Assembly: GCA_963831995.1 (NCBI GenBank)
Contig: CAWHSI010000001.1
Span: 959,637-1,023,636 of the forward strand
Origin: an uncultured Solirubrobacterales bacterium
Lineage (GTDB): Bacteria; Actinomycetota; Thermoleophilia; Solirubrobacterales; Solirubrobacteraceae
Reading direction: 5' to 3'
Length of the DNA stretch: 64,000 bases
A program made the position numbers and the translations under genes. The notes beneath the pieces are model-generated. The model ran no database searches. It was not told where the DNA came from and was given only the letters and a program-made list of their open reading frames with translations. Below are positions 39,980 through 49,270 of the stretch, piece by piece. Numbering within the stretch: the first letter of the stretch is position 1; each line of letters opens with the position of its first letter.

Positions 39980-40393
39980 TTACGGCAGCAACTCAAAGGA
40001 CTCGCGGTGACGCGGCTTGACGGTCGCGAAATGACGACGATCGAGCGTGACGATGAGTGGCGCGTCGAGTCGCTCCGCGAGGGCGATCTCGGACGCGTCC
40101 GTGCCGCCCAGCGGAAAGTCCTCGTACTGCTTGACGAGCTCGCCCATACGCGCGAAATCCTCGCCGGTGGGTCCCTCGACGTCCAGGTCGCCGAGGCCCT
40201 TCAGGAATGCCTGCTCTGCCGTTGGACCGAGGCGTCGTCCGACGAAATAGGTCGCCTCGGCCACCGCAAGCGCAGCAACGACAAGACGCAGGTCCGGCCG
40301 AGAGAGCGTCGCGAGCGACGCGGCGTGGTCGTGGTCATCGGAGTCTGCCGCCGCGTAAAGCGGTCCGGCATCAACGATCGCGAGGGTGCTCAT
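39980..40393 (-). CDS. vapC: PIN-domain VapC toxin
   Basis: IVDAGPL, AEATY, LGGTDAS, TLDRRHF. Confidence 0.9.
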   Translation of the reverse strand: MSTLAIVDAGPLYAAADSDDHDHAASLATLSRPDLRLVVAALAVAEATYFVGRRLGPTAEQAFLKGLGDLDVEGPTGEDFARMGELVKQYEDFPLGGTDASEIALAERLDAPLIVTLDRRHFATVKPRHRESFELLP

Positions 40394-40616
40394 CCCACTC
40401 GCGCGCAAGCAGCTGCTCCATGTCCCGGCCAGTCGTTTGATGGCCGCTGTGACCGAGCGCGGCGAACGGCAGCGGACGCGCGTCGCCTGGGAGCAGATGA
40501 AGATGCTTTGCGAGCGCGTCGCGAACCACCGCAGAGGCAGACGTGGAGCGACGATGCGCCTCACGCGCGAGGGCTTGAGCCAGATCGTCGGGAAGCGAAA
40601 GTGTTGTGCGCTTCAT
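40371..40616 (-). CDS. vapB: ribbon-helix-helix (CopG) antitoxin
   Basis: MKRTTLSLPDDLAQALAREA...SASAVVRDAL; overlaps the PIN gene. Confidence 0.85.
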   Translation of the reverse strand: MKRTTLSLPDDLAQALAREAHRRSTSASAVVRDALAKHLHLLPGDARPLPFAALGHSGHQTTGRDMEQLLAREWDEHPRDR

Positions 40617-40706
40617 ACCTGCATGCTAGCCCCCTCAGCCGGCACACCCTACGATCGGTCAGGACCCGGGAGTCCGATCCGGTCTCGCGACCCGCGGGCA
40701 CGCGGC

Positions 40707-41654
40707 TCAGCGGATGAACACGCCGTCCAGTGCCTCATCGACCGCGGCGAGCGTGCTGGGGTCGAGCGTTATGCCCGCGGCGGACGCGTTCGCCCGCACC
40801 TGCTCGGGCCTGCTGGCGCCAACGATCGCCGAGGCCACGTTCGGCTGGCGCAGGACCCACGCGAGCGCGAGCTGCGCCATCGTCAGGCCGGCGCCCTCGG
40901 CGACCGGCCGCAGACGCTGCACGGCTTCGAGAACGGGGTCCCGCAGGAGACGGTCCATGAAGCCGCTCATGCTGTCGCTGGCCGCGCGCGAATCGGCCGG
41001 CGACTGCTCTCCCGGACGGTACTTGCCGGTGAGCACGCCCTGGGCGAGCGGAGACCACACGATCTGGGAGATGTTCTCGCGCTCGCACAGCGGGATCACC
41101 TCGGCCTCCGGCGCGCGCCACAGCATCGAGTACTGGGGCTGGCTGGATACCCAGCGAGTCGCGTTCGGCAGCGCGAGCGAGGCTTCGATCTTCTCGACCG
41201 GCCACTCGCTGAAGCCGATGTGGCGGGCCTTGCCCGCGGCCACCACTGCGGTGAGCGCCTCCATTGTCTCCTCCAAGGGCGTGTCCTCGTCGTAGCGGTG
41301 GCACTGATAGAGGTCAACGTGGTCGGTACGAAGGCGCCCAAGCGAAGCGTCGATCTGCTTGTGGATCTGCTCGGCGGAGAGGCCCCGGTCGGTCGCGGAC
41401 ATCGGGAAGTAGACCTTCGTGGCGAGCACGTAGGAGGCGCGGTCATATCCCGAGAGCACATCGCCGAGCAGCGACTCGGCGGCGCCCTGCCCGTAGACGT
41501 TGGCGGTGTCGATGAAGTTGATGCCCTCCTCGAACGCCGCGCGAACACAGGCCTCGGCCTGCTCGCGCGCAACCCCACCGGAGTAGGTGAGCCACGAGCC
41601 GAGGCTGATCTCCGAAACCTCCAGCCCGCTGGAGCCGAGCTTGCGGTAGTTCAC
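40707..41654 (-). CDS. aldo/keto reductase (Kv-beta-like)
   Basis: LGSSGLEVSEISLG, IDTANVYG, LATKV, DLYQCHR, WSPLAQG. Confidence 0.93.
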   Translation of the reverse strand: MNYRKLGSSGLEVSEISLGSWLTYSGGVAREQAEACVRAAFEEGINFIDTANVYGQGAAESLLGDVLSGYDRASYVLATKVYFPMSATDRGLSAEQIHKQIDASLGRLRTDHVDLYQCHRYDEDTPLEETMEALTAVVAAGKARHIGFSEWPVEKIEASLALPNATRWVSSQPQYSMLWRAPEAEVIPLCERENISQIVWSPLAQGVLTGKYRPGEQSPADSRAASDSMSGFMDRLLRDPVLEAVQRLRPVAEGAGLTMAQLALAWVLRQPNVASAIVGASRPEQVRANASAAGITLDPSTLAAVDEALDGVFIR

Positions 41655-41683
41655 GGATGGCAGGTTACCCGGTTGTTCGAGGT

Positions 41684-41974
41684 TCAAGCGGCGACCAGCA
41701 CGCCCGCCATGTCCTCGGCGCTGCGGGTTTCAACGATTTCCGGAAACGTGACGGTCAAACGCCCGTCACGCTCAAGCAGGTAGCGAGGGCTGAAGATCGT
41801 CAAGCCGACGATGCGGTGTGTCCCGGGTGCATAGTGGATGGCGTGCCCCTCAGGGGTATCCTCAGCCTCCGCAGGCTCCGGGCTATCCACGCTCAGAAAG
41901 AGGATGTCGTTCTCCGGGTCGTAATCGGCGCCGTGAAATACCACCGGACCGATCCTCAAGCTGACGGCTTCCAT
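41684..41974 (-). CDS. DUF2283-like protein, putative antitoxin
   Basis: YDPENDILFL...IVGLTI pattern; small and acidic, coupled to the upstream ORF. Confidence 0.7.
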   Translation of the reverse strand: MEAVSLRIGPVVFHGADYDPENDILFLSVDSPEPAEAEDTPEGHAIHYAPGTHRIVGLTIFSPRYLLERDGRLTVTFPEIVETRSAEDMAGVLVAA

Positions 41975-42276
41975 AGCGGCGGATCCTTTCGATATCCAAA
42001 TGCGGTGATTACGCGCGCAGGCTTCTGTTCATAGCTTACGACGACAAGCAACCATGCTGTCGGCCCCACACCCATGGAGTAGTTGCGTAGACGGTCAAGG
42101 CGTGGATCCGATTCGACGTGATCGGGAGCCTCAACAGTCCGCATGACAGCGGCTTGGTATGCCTCCATCTCAGGATGGATGCACAGAATCTTCTCGATCC
42201 AGATGCGCACAAGCAGCACGACCGGTCTGCCATCGCGATCGGCTGCCCGAGCAGCAATCTCTTGTCTTTGCTCCAC
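41956..42276 (-). CDS. small RelE/BrnT-like (DUF4258-type) putative RNase toxin
   Basis: W..I...HPEM...V..PD...WLLVVVSY....RVITAF pattern upstream of DUF2283. Confidence 0.6.
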   Translation of the reverse strand: MEQRQEIAARAADRDGRPVVLLVRIWIEKILCIHPEMEAYQAAVMRTVEAPDHVESDPRLDRLRNYSMGVGPTAWLLVVVSYEQKPARVITAFGYRKDPPLWKPSA

Positions 42277-42335
42277 ACCCGTTCAGGATGCATACGACAT
42301 GGGACGGTACTCGGCGCGACATGATTATCCCGCCC

Positions 42336-45300
42336 CTACCGGCGCCGTCCCGAGGCGAAGCTCTGCACGGGCGGGGCGACGGCGCGCATGTCCGCTCCGA
42401 TCTCGGTTCCATCCTGCTGCCCGAAGGCCTCCTCGGGGCCGCCGGCCACAGACAGGCGAGTGACACTCCGCGAAGCCTCAGCCCCCTCGTCCTCCGCCGG
42501 AGCGAAGAAGCGCTCGAGCGCCGCCAGCTCACATACGAGCACGTTCAGCACCCCTGAGGGCGCGCGCTCCAGACGGCCGCGTGCCAGCAGCAGCGGCTCG
42601 GCGCGGGCGAGCGCGCGGTGGCGCTCATAGACGTCGCCGGGGACGATCAGGTTGACGACGCCCCACTCGTCCTCGAAGAGCAGGAACATCGTTCCCTTGG
42701 CCGTGCCCGGTCGCTGGCGCGCGATCACCATGCCGGCCACCGCCACCGAGCAGCCGTGCGGCAGGCGGGCCAGCTGGGCGCTGGTGGCCAGCATCGGAAT
42801 CGACAAACGTGGGCGCAGCACCGCCATCGCGTGGTCGCTGACCGTCACGTCGCTGGTGGCGTAGTCGGCGAGCACTCGCTGCCAGCGATCGAGCGGGCGC
42901 AGGCGGGGCGCCTCGGGCAGCTCGATCGGCAGGGCGAGCTGCACCGCATCCGCGACGGCCTCTCCCGCGGCGGCGATCCCGAGCTGCCACAGAGCCTGCC
43001 GCCTGTCCTGCGCAAGGCTGTCGCACGCGCCCGCCCAGGCCAGCCGCTCGAGCGTGCCGCGACTGCTCGCCGCTCGTGCGGCGAGCTCGCCCAGGTCGCG
43101 GAACGGACCGCCGCGCTCGCGCTCGGCGACGAGCTCGCGCACCTCCTCGGCGACCACGCCTTTGACGTAGCCCAAGCCGAGGCGCACGGCCAGCCCGGCG
43201 TGTGTCTCGCTCTGGCGCTCCGGCGATGCGCTCTGTGCCCTGCCGGCATCGAGCCTCTCGACGGTGCACTGCACCCCCGAGGCGTTCACGTCGAGCCCCA
43301 GCACCGCCATGCCCCGCCGCTGCGCCTCGTGCACGAGGCTGTCGGGAGCGTAGAAGCCCATCGGCTGCTCGTTCAGCAGCGCGCACAGGAACTCGGGGCC
43401 GTAATGCACGCGCAGCCACGTGGATTGGTAGGCGAGCAGTCCGAAGGCGGCGGCATGGGCCTTGGGGAAGCCGAAGCCGGCGAAGCCGGCCACCATCTCC
43501 CACACGCGCTTCGCGGTCTGCTCGCCGGCGCCCACATGTTGCATCGCGCCGGCGACGAAACCCTCGCGGTGGTGCTGCATCGCCTCCTCGGAGCGCTTGC
43601 GGCTCATCGCGCGACGCAGCCCGTCGGCCTCCCCCGGGGAGAAGCCCGCGAAGACTTCGGCCACCTGCATCACCTGGTCTTGGAAGATGATCGTGCCGAG
43701 CGTGCTCTTCAGCACCGGCTCGAGGGAAGGGTGCTCATAGGGGACCTCATAGGCGGGGTTTTCGCGCAGGCGAGCACGCCTCTCGATGTAGGGGTTGATC
43801 GCTCCGCCCTGGATCGGCCCGGGACGCACGATCGCCACCTGTACAGAGAGGTCGTCGAGGTTCTCCGGTCGAGTGCGGCGCAGCGACTGCATCTGCGCGC
43901 GGCTCTCGATCTGGAACACGCCGACCGTGTCGGCCGCCCGGATCGCCCTGAACGTCTCGGGCTCGTCGAAGGGTATGCGCGAGAGGTCCACACATTCCCC
44001 GCGCGCGCCGGCGATCAGATCGACGCAGCGTTCCACCGCCGAGAGCATCCCGAGCCCGAGCAGGTCGATCTTCAAAAAGCCCGCGTCTGCGCAGGAGTCC
44101 TTGTCCCACTGCACCATCTGCCTGCCCTGCATCGCCGAGGGCACCACCGGGCAGCAGTCGATCAGGGGTCGTGTCGAGACCACCATGCCGCCGGAGTGCT
44201 GGGAGAGGTGGCGGGGCAGCCGGTATGCCTCTCCCACCAGGCGCGCAAGCCAGCGCCAGCGGGTGGAGCGCGCCTCGGCGGCGATGTCGCGCTGCACCTC
44301 TCCCCCATGGTCGGCCATGCGCGCCATGCGCTCGATCTCCCCGGCGGGCAGCCCCAGCACCTTGCCGAGCTCGCGGATCGCCCCGCGTGCGCGGAACGTC
44401 GGGAAGGCGGCCACCAGCGCGGCGCGCTCGCGCCCGTAGCGCTCGTGCACGCGCGGGATCAGCGCCTCGCGAATGTCACGTGGGAAGTCCAGGTCGATGT
44501 CTGGCAGTCCGCGCAGGTCCTCGTGCAGGAAGCGCCCGAGCAGCAGCCCGTTGGCGATCGGGTCGATGTGGGAGAGGCCGGTCAGATAGCACACGATCGA
44601 GGACACCGAGGAGCCGCGACCGCGCCCGGGTGCCAGCAGGGCGCGTGCCGTGTCCCGCCCCCGCACCTCCAGTGCCACTTCGCGTGCCAGCTCGAGCATG
44701 TCGTGGTGCAGCAGGAAGAACCCCGCCAGCTCGAGTCGCTCGATCACGCGCAGCTCCTCCTCCAGGCGCGCCTGCGCCTGCGCGCGCAGCGCATTTCCCT
44801 CATAGCGAACATCGAGACGCGCCCAGCACAGCTCGGCCAATCGCCGGGGAGCGCTCTCGTCCTCGGCGCCGGGGTAGCGATAGCCGAGGTCGGCGGTCAG
44901 ATCGAAGCGCAGCCGCTCGGCCAGGCGCAGCGTCTCGCGCACCGCCTCGGGGTGGTCGGCGAAGCGGACGGCCATCGCCTGGGGGCTGCTCATCGCGTGG
45001 CTGTGGTTGCCGCGCCGCCGCGGCTCTGAGGCATCGAGCGTCAGGTGGTGGCGCAGCGCCACGAAGGCGTCCTGCAGCTCGGCGCGCGAGCGGGCGTGGG
45101 CGTGTACGTTGCCCGTGGCCACACACTTCACTCCCAGCCGCCGCGCGAGCGCCTGCAGCGCCCGGTTGCGCGCCCGGTCATGACGGGCGTAGGGGCGTTG
45201 CAGCTCCACTCGCAGCCCCTGTGGTCCAAACGCGTCGAGCAGCAGCCGCGCCGTGGACTCCTCGCGTATGCCGCGCTGCGCACAACCGGTCAGGCACACG

Positions 45301-45761
45301 AGCCCCTCGGCGTGGTCGAGCACCCTCTGCAGGGACACCGACGGCTCGGAGCGCTCGCGAGCAGCGCCCTCGCGCGTACCGGCATGTGCGCAGGTGAGTA
45401 TTCGGCACAGGTTTCCCCATCCGTGTGCATCTCCGACAAGCAGCGTCAGGTGAGCCCTGCGCCCCTCTCCCCCGCTGCGATCGTCGCGTATGCCTTCCGG
45501 AACGCTCGATGACCCCCGGTCTTCCACGATCACGTCGACCTCCGCACCGTGGATCGCCCGCACACCCGTGTCCTTCGCGGCCTGGGCCAGCTCCATCGAG
45601 CCCGACACCGAGTTGTGGTCGGTGAGCGCCAGGGCGTGGTGTCCAAGCTCGGCCGCGCTGCGGGCGAGCTCGTGTGGCAGCGATACGCCGTCCAGGAACG
45701 AGTAGGCCGAGTGGCAGTGAAGCTCCACGTAGGGCGGTGTGCCGAGCTGGGCGGATGTCAT
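42336..45761 (-). CDS. dnaE2: error-prone DNA polymerase III alpha-like subunit
   Basis: ELHCHSAYSFLDG, GRGSS, LPDIDLDF, PRHLSQHSGG, KIDLLGLG, VFQIESRAQ, RPGPIQG, QPMGFY, RQRPGTAKG. Confidence 0.95.
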   Translation of the reverse strand: MTSAQLGTPPYVELHCHSAYSFLDGVSLPHELARSAAELGHHALALTDHNSVSGSMELAQAAKDTGVRAIHGAEVDVIVEDRGSSSVPEGIRDDRSGGEGRRAHLTLLVGDAHGWGNLCRILTCAHAGTREGAARERSEPSVSLQRVLDHAEGLVCLTGCAQRGIREESTARLLLDAFGPQGLRVELQRPYARHDRARNRALQALARRLGVKCVATGNVHAHARSRAELQDAFVALRHHLTLDASEPRRRGNHSHAMSSPQAMAVRFADHPEAVRETLRLAERLRFDLTADLGYRYPGAEDESAPRRLAELCWARLDVRYEGNALRAQAQARLEEELRVIERLELAGFFLLHHDMLELAREVALEVRGRDTARALLAPGRGRGSSVSSIVCYLTGLSHIDPIANGLLLGRFLHEDLRGLPDIDLDFPRDIREALIPRVHERYGRERAALVAAFPTFRARGAIRELGKVLGLPAGEIERMARMADHGGEVQRDIAAEARSTRWRWLARLVGEAYRLPRHLSQHSGGMVVSTRPLIDCCPVVPSAMQGRQMVQWDKDSCADAGFLKIDLLGLGMLSAVERCVDLIAGARGECVDLSRIPFDEPETFRAIRAADTVGVFQIESRAQMQSLRRTRPENLDDLSVQVAIVRPGPIQGGAINPYIERRARLRENPAYEVPYEHPSLEPVLKSTLGTIIFQDQVMQVAEVFAGFSPGEADGLRRAMSRKRSEEAMQHHREGFVAGAMQHVGAGEQTAKRVWEMVAGFAGFGFPKAHAAAFGLLAYQSTWLRVHYGPEFLCALLNEQPMGFYAPDSLVHEAQRRGMAVLGLDVNASGVQCTVERLDAGRAQSASPERQSETHAGLAVRLGLGYVKGVVAEEVRELVAERERGGPFRDLGELAARAASSRGTLERLAWAGACDSLAQDRRQALWQLGIAAAGEAVADAVQLALPIELPEAPRLRPLDRWQRVLADYATSDVTVSDHAMAVLRPRLSIPMLATSAQLARLPHGCSVAVAGMVIARQRPGTAKGTMFLLFEDEWGVVNLIVPGDVYERHRALARAEPLLLARGRLERAPSGVLNVLVCELAALERFFAPAEDEGAEASRSVTRLSVAGGPEEAFGQQDGTEIGADMRAVAPPVQSFASGRRR

Positions 45762-45777
45762 CGGCGACCCGACTTCC

Positions 45778-46083
45778 TCACGAGCCCTGGGTGAACCAGC
45801 TGCCCGCGCACAGGTCGTGGAACACGATCAGGTTGCGCCCGCGCGCGCTCAACAGCTCCCAGTAGCGGCGGCGCAAGGGCTGCTCGGTCCACCAGCGGTC
45901 CTCCACGAGCCAGGACTCGCGCACAGCCTCCACCCGCTCGCCGTCCACCTCCAGGGGGGCTCCGCCGCGCGAGCGGACCCGGGCGGCGCGGGGCAGGTTC
46001 AGGGCGCGGGGACGACTCGTCCCGCTCGGCGATCGAGAGGCAGGGGCAACCCGCGGGCGACCGGTGCTCTGAGCGGTTCTCAT
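45778..46083 (-). CDS. small mutasome-associated protein (DUF6504-like)
   Basis: VEAVRESWLVEDRWW...RRRYWEL...VFHDL...W; ATGA-coupled to imuB. Confidence 0.7.
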   Translation of the reverse strand: MRTAQSTGRPRVAPASRSPSGTSRPRALNLPRAARVRSRGGAPLEVDGERVEAVRESWLVEDRWWTEQPLRRRYWELLSARGRNLIVFHDLCAGSWFTQGS

Positions 46084-47363
46084 CCCGGCATTGGCGTGAG
46101 CACGACACGACGCTCGGGCACGCGCGAGTCTGGGTCGACGCACACGGCGCGCAGCGCGGCGTCCGCTCCCGCCACGGTGCGGATCTGCTTGACCGCCTCC
46201 TCCAGGCGCCCTCGCCTTGCCCCCGCACCCTGCGCAAGCAGCGTGTGTTGCTCTCCGGCGGCGGGACCGAAGCGCTCGACGCCCAGGCGCAGCGACTCGG
46301 CGGGCGCCGGCAACAGGGGCAGGCGCAGCGACAGCGCCATGTTCACGCGCCTGGCGTCGCTGAGCGCCTGGCGAAAGACGACTCGCTCGCGCCAGGTTCC
46401 CCCGCCCACGAGCCGTGCCGAGAGCACGACCGCGCGCAGCGTCCTTGCGCGGCGCTCGGGACGCGCGAGCAGCCGGTCGACGAGCACCCCGAGCACGCGC
46501 CGCAGCATCTCTCCGCTACCGACATCGCCCACGTCCATGCGCTCCTCCAGCGTCTCCTCGGGATCGCGCGGCAGGAGCGGCTTGTCTTCGCCGCTCGCCA
46601 GGCGATGGGCGAGGATGCCACCCTCGCCGAAGCGGTCGGCGAGCGCGTCGCGCGCGGCGGAGCGGCCGGCTGTGTGGTCGGAGTAGGCGCCCTCGTGAGT
46701 CGAGCGGGCGGGATCGTGACCAGGGCGAGCGCCTTCATGGCCGGGGTGCGCGGGCGCCAGTTCGCGCAGCTCTCCAAGCGTGCGCACGCCGAGGCGCTTC
46801 AACGGGCCGACCAGCGCCGCCGTCTGCTCGCGAAAGCCCAGCAGCTCGACCGGGCGAGCGGCGAGATAGCGACTTGCCGCGCGCGCGTCTACGACCTTCG
46901 CGCGCCGAGCGCTCGCCTGCAGCGCCGCGGCCAGCGCACAGAAGCGCGTCGGGCCTGCCCCGATCTTTGCCGGCCGCCCAAGCGCACGGCGCGCAAGCGC
47001 GATCGTGTGCGCTTGCGAGCCGTGCATCCCGCGCAGCCCGCCTGCCTCGAAATAGGCGAGTCCCTCGCGCGTCGACTCGACCGCGGCGCCGATGTCCTCC
47101 AGTGCACACAGGAGCCTCTCCCACTCCTCGACCGCGGCAATCGGATCGGCCGCCACCAGCTCGAGCTCGGGGCAGCGCGCGAGCGCCTCCCCCAGGGCCA
47201 TGCCGGCGCTCACCCCGAACGCCTCGGCCGCCCCCGAAGCCTCTCCTATGCGCAGTTCTGCTCCCGCCATCGGGGCGAGCGCGAGCGCCCTGCCCGCCAG
47301 CGCGCCCGCACCGCCGGCGGCGACCGCTAGGGCAAAGCGGGGGATGTGGACGCACACGACCAT
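46080..47363 (-). CDS. imuB: Y-family polymerase-like ImuB protein (catalytic acids absent)
   Basis: GVSAGMALGEALARCPEL, LGVRTLGEL, little-finger region, C-terminal PDSRVPERR; begins MVVCVHIPRF instead of DxDxF. Confidence 0.85.
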   Translation of the reverse strand: MVVCVHIPRFALAVAAGGAGALAGRALALAPMAGAELRIGEASGAAEAFGVSAGMALGEALARCPELELVAADPIAAVEEWERLLCALEDIGAAVESTREGLAYFEAGGLRGMHGSQAHTIALARRALGRPAKIGAGPTRFCALAAALQASARRAKVVDARAASRYLAARPVELLGFREQTAALVGPLKRLGVRTLGELRELAPAHPGHEGARPGHDPARSTHEGAYSDHTAGRSAARDALADRFGEGGILAHRLASGEDKPLLPRDPEETLEERMDVGDVGSGEMLRRVLGVLVDRLLARPERRARTLRAVVLSARLVGGGTWRERVVFRQALSDARRVNMALSLRLPLLPAPAESLRLGVERFGPAAGEQHTLLAQGAGARRGRLEEAVKQIRTVAGADAALRAVCVDPDSRVPERRVVLTPMPG

Positions 47364-47366
47364 GGG

Positions 47367-47380
47367 CGAACGTATGTTCG
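47367..47380. promoter_or_regulatory. LexA SOS box
   Basis: CGAAC-GTAT-GTTCG, 3 bp upstream of the imuB ATG; matches the Gram-positive GAAC-N4-GTTC consensus. Confidence 0.9.
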
Positions 47381-47413
47381 CATATGGTCAGGCGCTCGCA
47401 ACAGACAGTTGGC

Positions 47414-48325
47414 TCAGTCCATGCCGAGCGGGCCGCTGGCCGACCCGCTGAGGAACTGCCGAACGAATGGATTGTCTGAGGAGAACATGCGCTCGGCGTC
47501 GCCGGCTTCCACGATCCGCCCGCGCCACAGCAGCGCGATGTACTCGCCGATCTGGCGCGCGGAGGCGATGTTGTGGGTGACGACGATGTAGGTGCCGCGG
47601 TGGATCTCGTGCATCTCCTGGATCAGTTCGCATAGCAGCGCCGTGCGCACCGGATCCAGGCCCGAGTCGGGCTCGTCGAAGATCACGATGTCGGGCTCGG
47701 TTACGAGCGCGCGCGCGAAGCCGGCGCGCTTGCGCATCCCGCCGGAGAGCTGGGAGGGAGCGTCGTCCATCGCGTCGGCGAGGCCCACGTCGGCCAGGCG
47801 CTGGCGCACCCGCTCGCCGATCTGGCTCTCGGACATGTCGGTGTGCTGGCGCAGGGGAAAGGCGACGTTGTCGAACACCGACATCGACCCGAACAGGGCG
47901 CCGTCCTGGAAGAGCACGCCGATTCGGCGGCGCAGCTGAAGCAGCTTCGGCATCGTCAGCGTGGGAACCGAGTTGCCGAGCACCTGGATGTCGCCCGAGT
48001 CGGGGAACATCAGCCCGATCAAGTGCTTGATGAGCACGCTCTTGCCGGTGCCCGAGGGACCGAGCACGACGGTGATCGTGTCGTCGGGGATCGCGACGTT
48101 GAGCCCGTTGAGCACGGGTATGCCGGCCAGCCGCTTGACGACGTCCACGCAGCGGATCGACCACTCGCGGTCGGTCGACTCGCCCGCCAGGTCCAGGTGA
48201 CCGCCGGTCGCGTGGTACTGGAACTCCTCGCCGTCGTCCTGCACCCCCACGGGCGCGTCGAGGCCGGCGAGCCGCTCGCCGTCCGTCTCCTCCCCGTGAA
48301 CTCCCTCAAGACCCTCCACAGACAC
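47414..48325 (-). CDS. Mce-system ABC ATPase (MceG/Mkl/MlaF family)
   Basis: GPSGTGKS, LFQDGALFGSM, LSGGMRKRAGFARAL, DEPDSGLDPVRT, GPLGM. Confidence 0.92.
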   Translation of the reverse strand: MSVEGLEGVHGEETDGERLAGLDAPVGVQDDGEEFQYHATGGHLDLAGESTDREWSIRCVDVVKRLAGIPVLNGLNVAIPDDTITVVLGPSGTGKSVLIKHLIGLMFPDSGDIQVLGNSVPTLTMPKLLQLRRRIGVLFQDGALFGSMSVFDNVAFPLRQHTDMSESQIGERVRQRLADVGLADAMDDAPSQLSGGMRKRAGFARALVTEPDIVIFDEPDSGLDPVRTALLCELIQEMHEIHRGTYIVVTHNIASARQIGEYIALLWRGRIVEAGDAERMFSSDNPFVRQFLSGSASGPLGMD

Positions 48326-48423
48326 AGATACTAGTGGTCGGGGAAGACCCGATCAACCGCGACCGGCGATGACCGTCGCACCCGGACGGCGCATACATCG
48401 GTACCAGTTCATACACATCCCCC

Positions 48424-48467
48424 TTGACAAGCCAGGGCCGTTGGGTCTACGATCCGGCCAGGGAGGT
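48424..48467 (+). promoter_or_regulatory. tetR promoter and RBS
   Basis: TTGACA 48424-48429, 18 bp, TACGAT 48448-48453; GGAGGT at 48462-48467. Confidence 0.7.
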
Positions 48468-48474
48468 AGGATAT

Positions 48475-49158
48475 ATGTTCCACAGCAGGCGCTCCGCGGC
48501 TGAGTCGGAGCCGGTGCAGGACCCAACCGCAAACGCGGCGACCATCGTGGCGAGCGCTCCACGCCGCGATCCGCGCAGGCGGGTGCTCGACGCGATGATC
48601 GAGACGGTGGCGCTGCGCGGATACGACCGCACCACGATCAGCCGTGTGCTCACGAGCTCGGGCGTGCAGGAGGCGGTGTTCAGCGAGCACTTCCGCGACA
48701 AGCAGGACTGCTTCCGCGAAGCCGTCGACGATCTGATCGGACGCGCCGAACTTGCCGCGCTGGAGTGCTTCCAGCGCGAGGTCCCCTGGCACGAGCGGGT
48801 GCGCGGCGGCTTGGAGAGCCTGCTCTCGGCGCTCGCCCGCGATCCCGCGGGGACCCGCGTGGTGTTCGTCGAGATGCTGAGCGCGGGAGCCGATGCGCGC
48901 GAGCGCCAGCGCTCGGCGCTTGCGCTGTTCGCCTCGCTGATCGAGCAGGGACGCCGCGAGTGCCCCGACGGCGAGCTCCTCCCCGAGCAGACGTCGGAGG
49001 CGATCGTCGGCGGGATCGCCTCGATCCTGCACCGCCGTGCGCTGCAGGGCGACACGGCCCGGCTCTCCGATCTGCACGGCGAACTGACGTACTTCGCGCT
49101 GCTCCCCTATCTGGATCACGAGCGCGCGATGGCACTCGCCGGCCTGCACGGGGCATGA
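48475..49158 (+). CDS. TetR/AcrR family regulator
   Basis: RRRVLDAMIETVALRGYDRTTI...SGV....FSEHFRDKQDCF. Confidence 0.9.
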   Translation: MFHSRRSAAESEPVQDPTANAATIVASAPRRDPRRRVLDAMIETVALRGYDRTTISRVLTSSGVQEAVFSEHFRDKQDCFREAVDDLIGRAELAALECFQREVPWHERVRGGLESLLSALARDPAGTRVVFVEMLSAGADARERQRSALALFASLIEQGRRECPDGELLPEQTSEAIVGGIASILHRRALQGDTARLSDLHGELTYFALLPYLDHERAMALAGLHGA

Positions 49159-49206
49159 TCTCGCTCGCCAACCGCGGCGCAGGCGCCGCGAGGAGGGCAC
49201 CTGCGA

Positions 49207-49270
49207 GAAGAAGCGCCGGGCGCGCTACGGCGTGACCCCCGAAGAAGCGCCGGGCGCGCTACGGCGTGAC
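49207..49270. repeat. perfect 30-bp direct repeat duplicating the 3' end of the last mce gene
   Basis: GAAGAAGCGCCGGGCGCGCTACGGCGTGAC at 49207-49236 and 49241-49270, separated by CCCC. Confidence 0.9.

Noticed and set aside
19950-39980. Island as a prophage, ICE or integron
   Set aside because: No integrase, phage, conjugation or attC features; no tRNA or boundary direct repeat found by eye.
42618-45029. 803-aa plus-strand ORF
   Set aside because: Antisense shadow of dnaE2.
49207-49270. 30-bp direct repeat as a CRISPR array
   Set aside because: Only two copies, 4-bp spacer, overlaps a gene end, and no cas genes.
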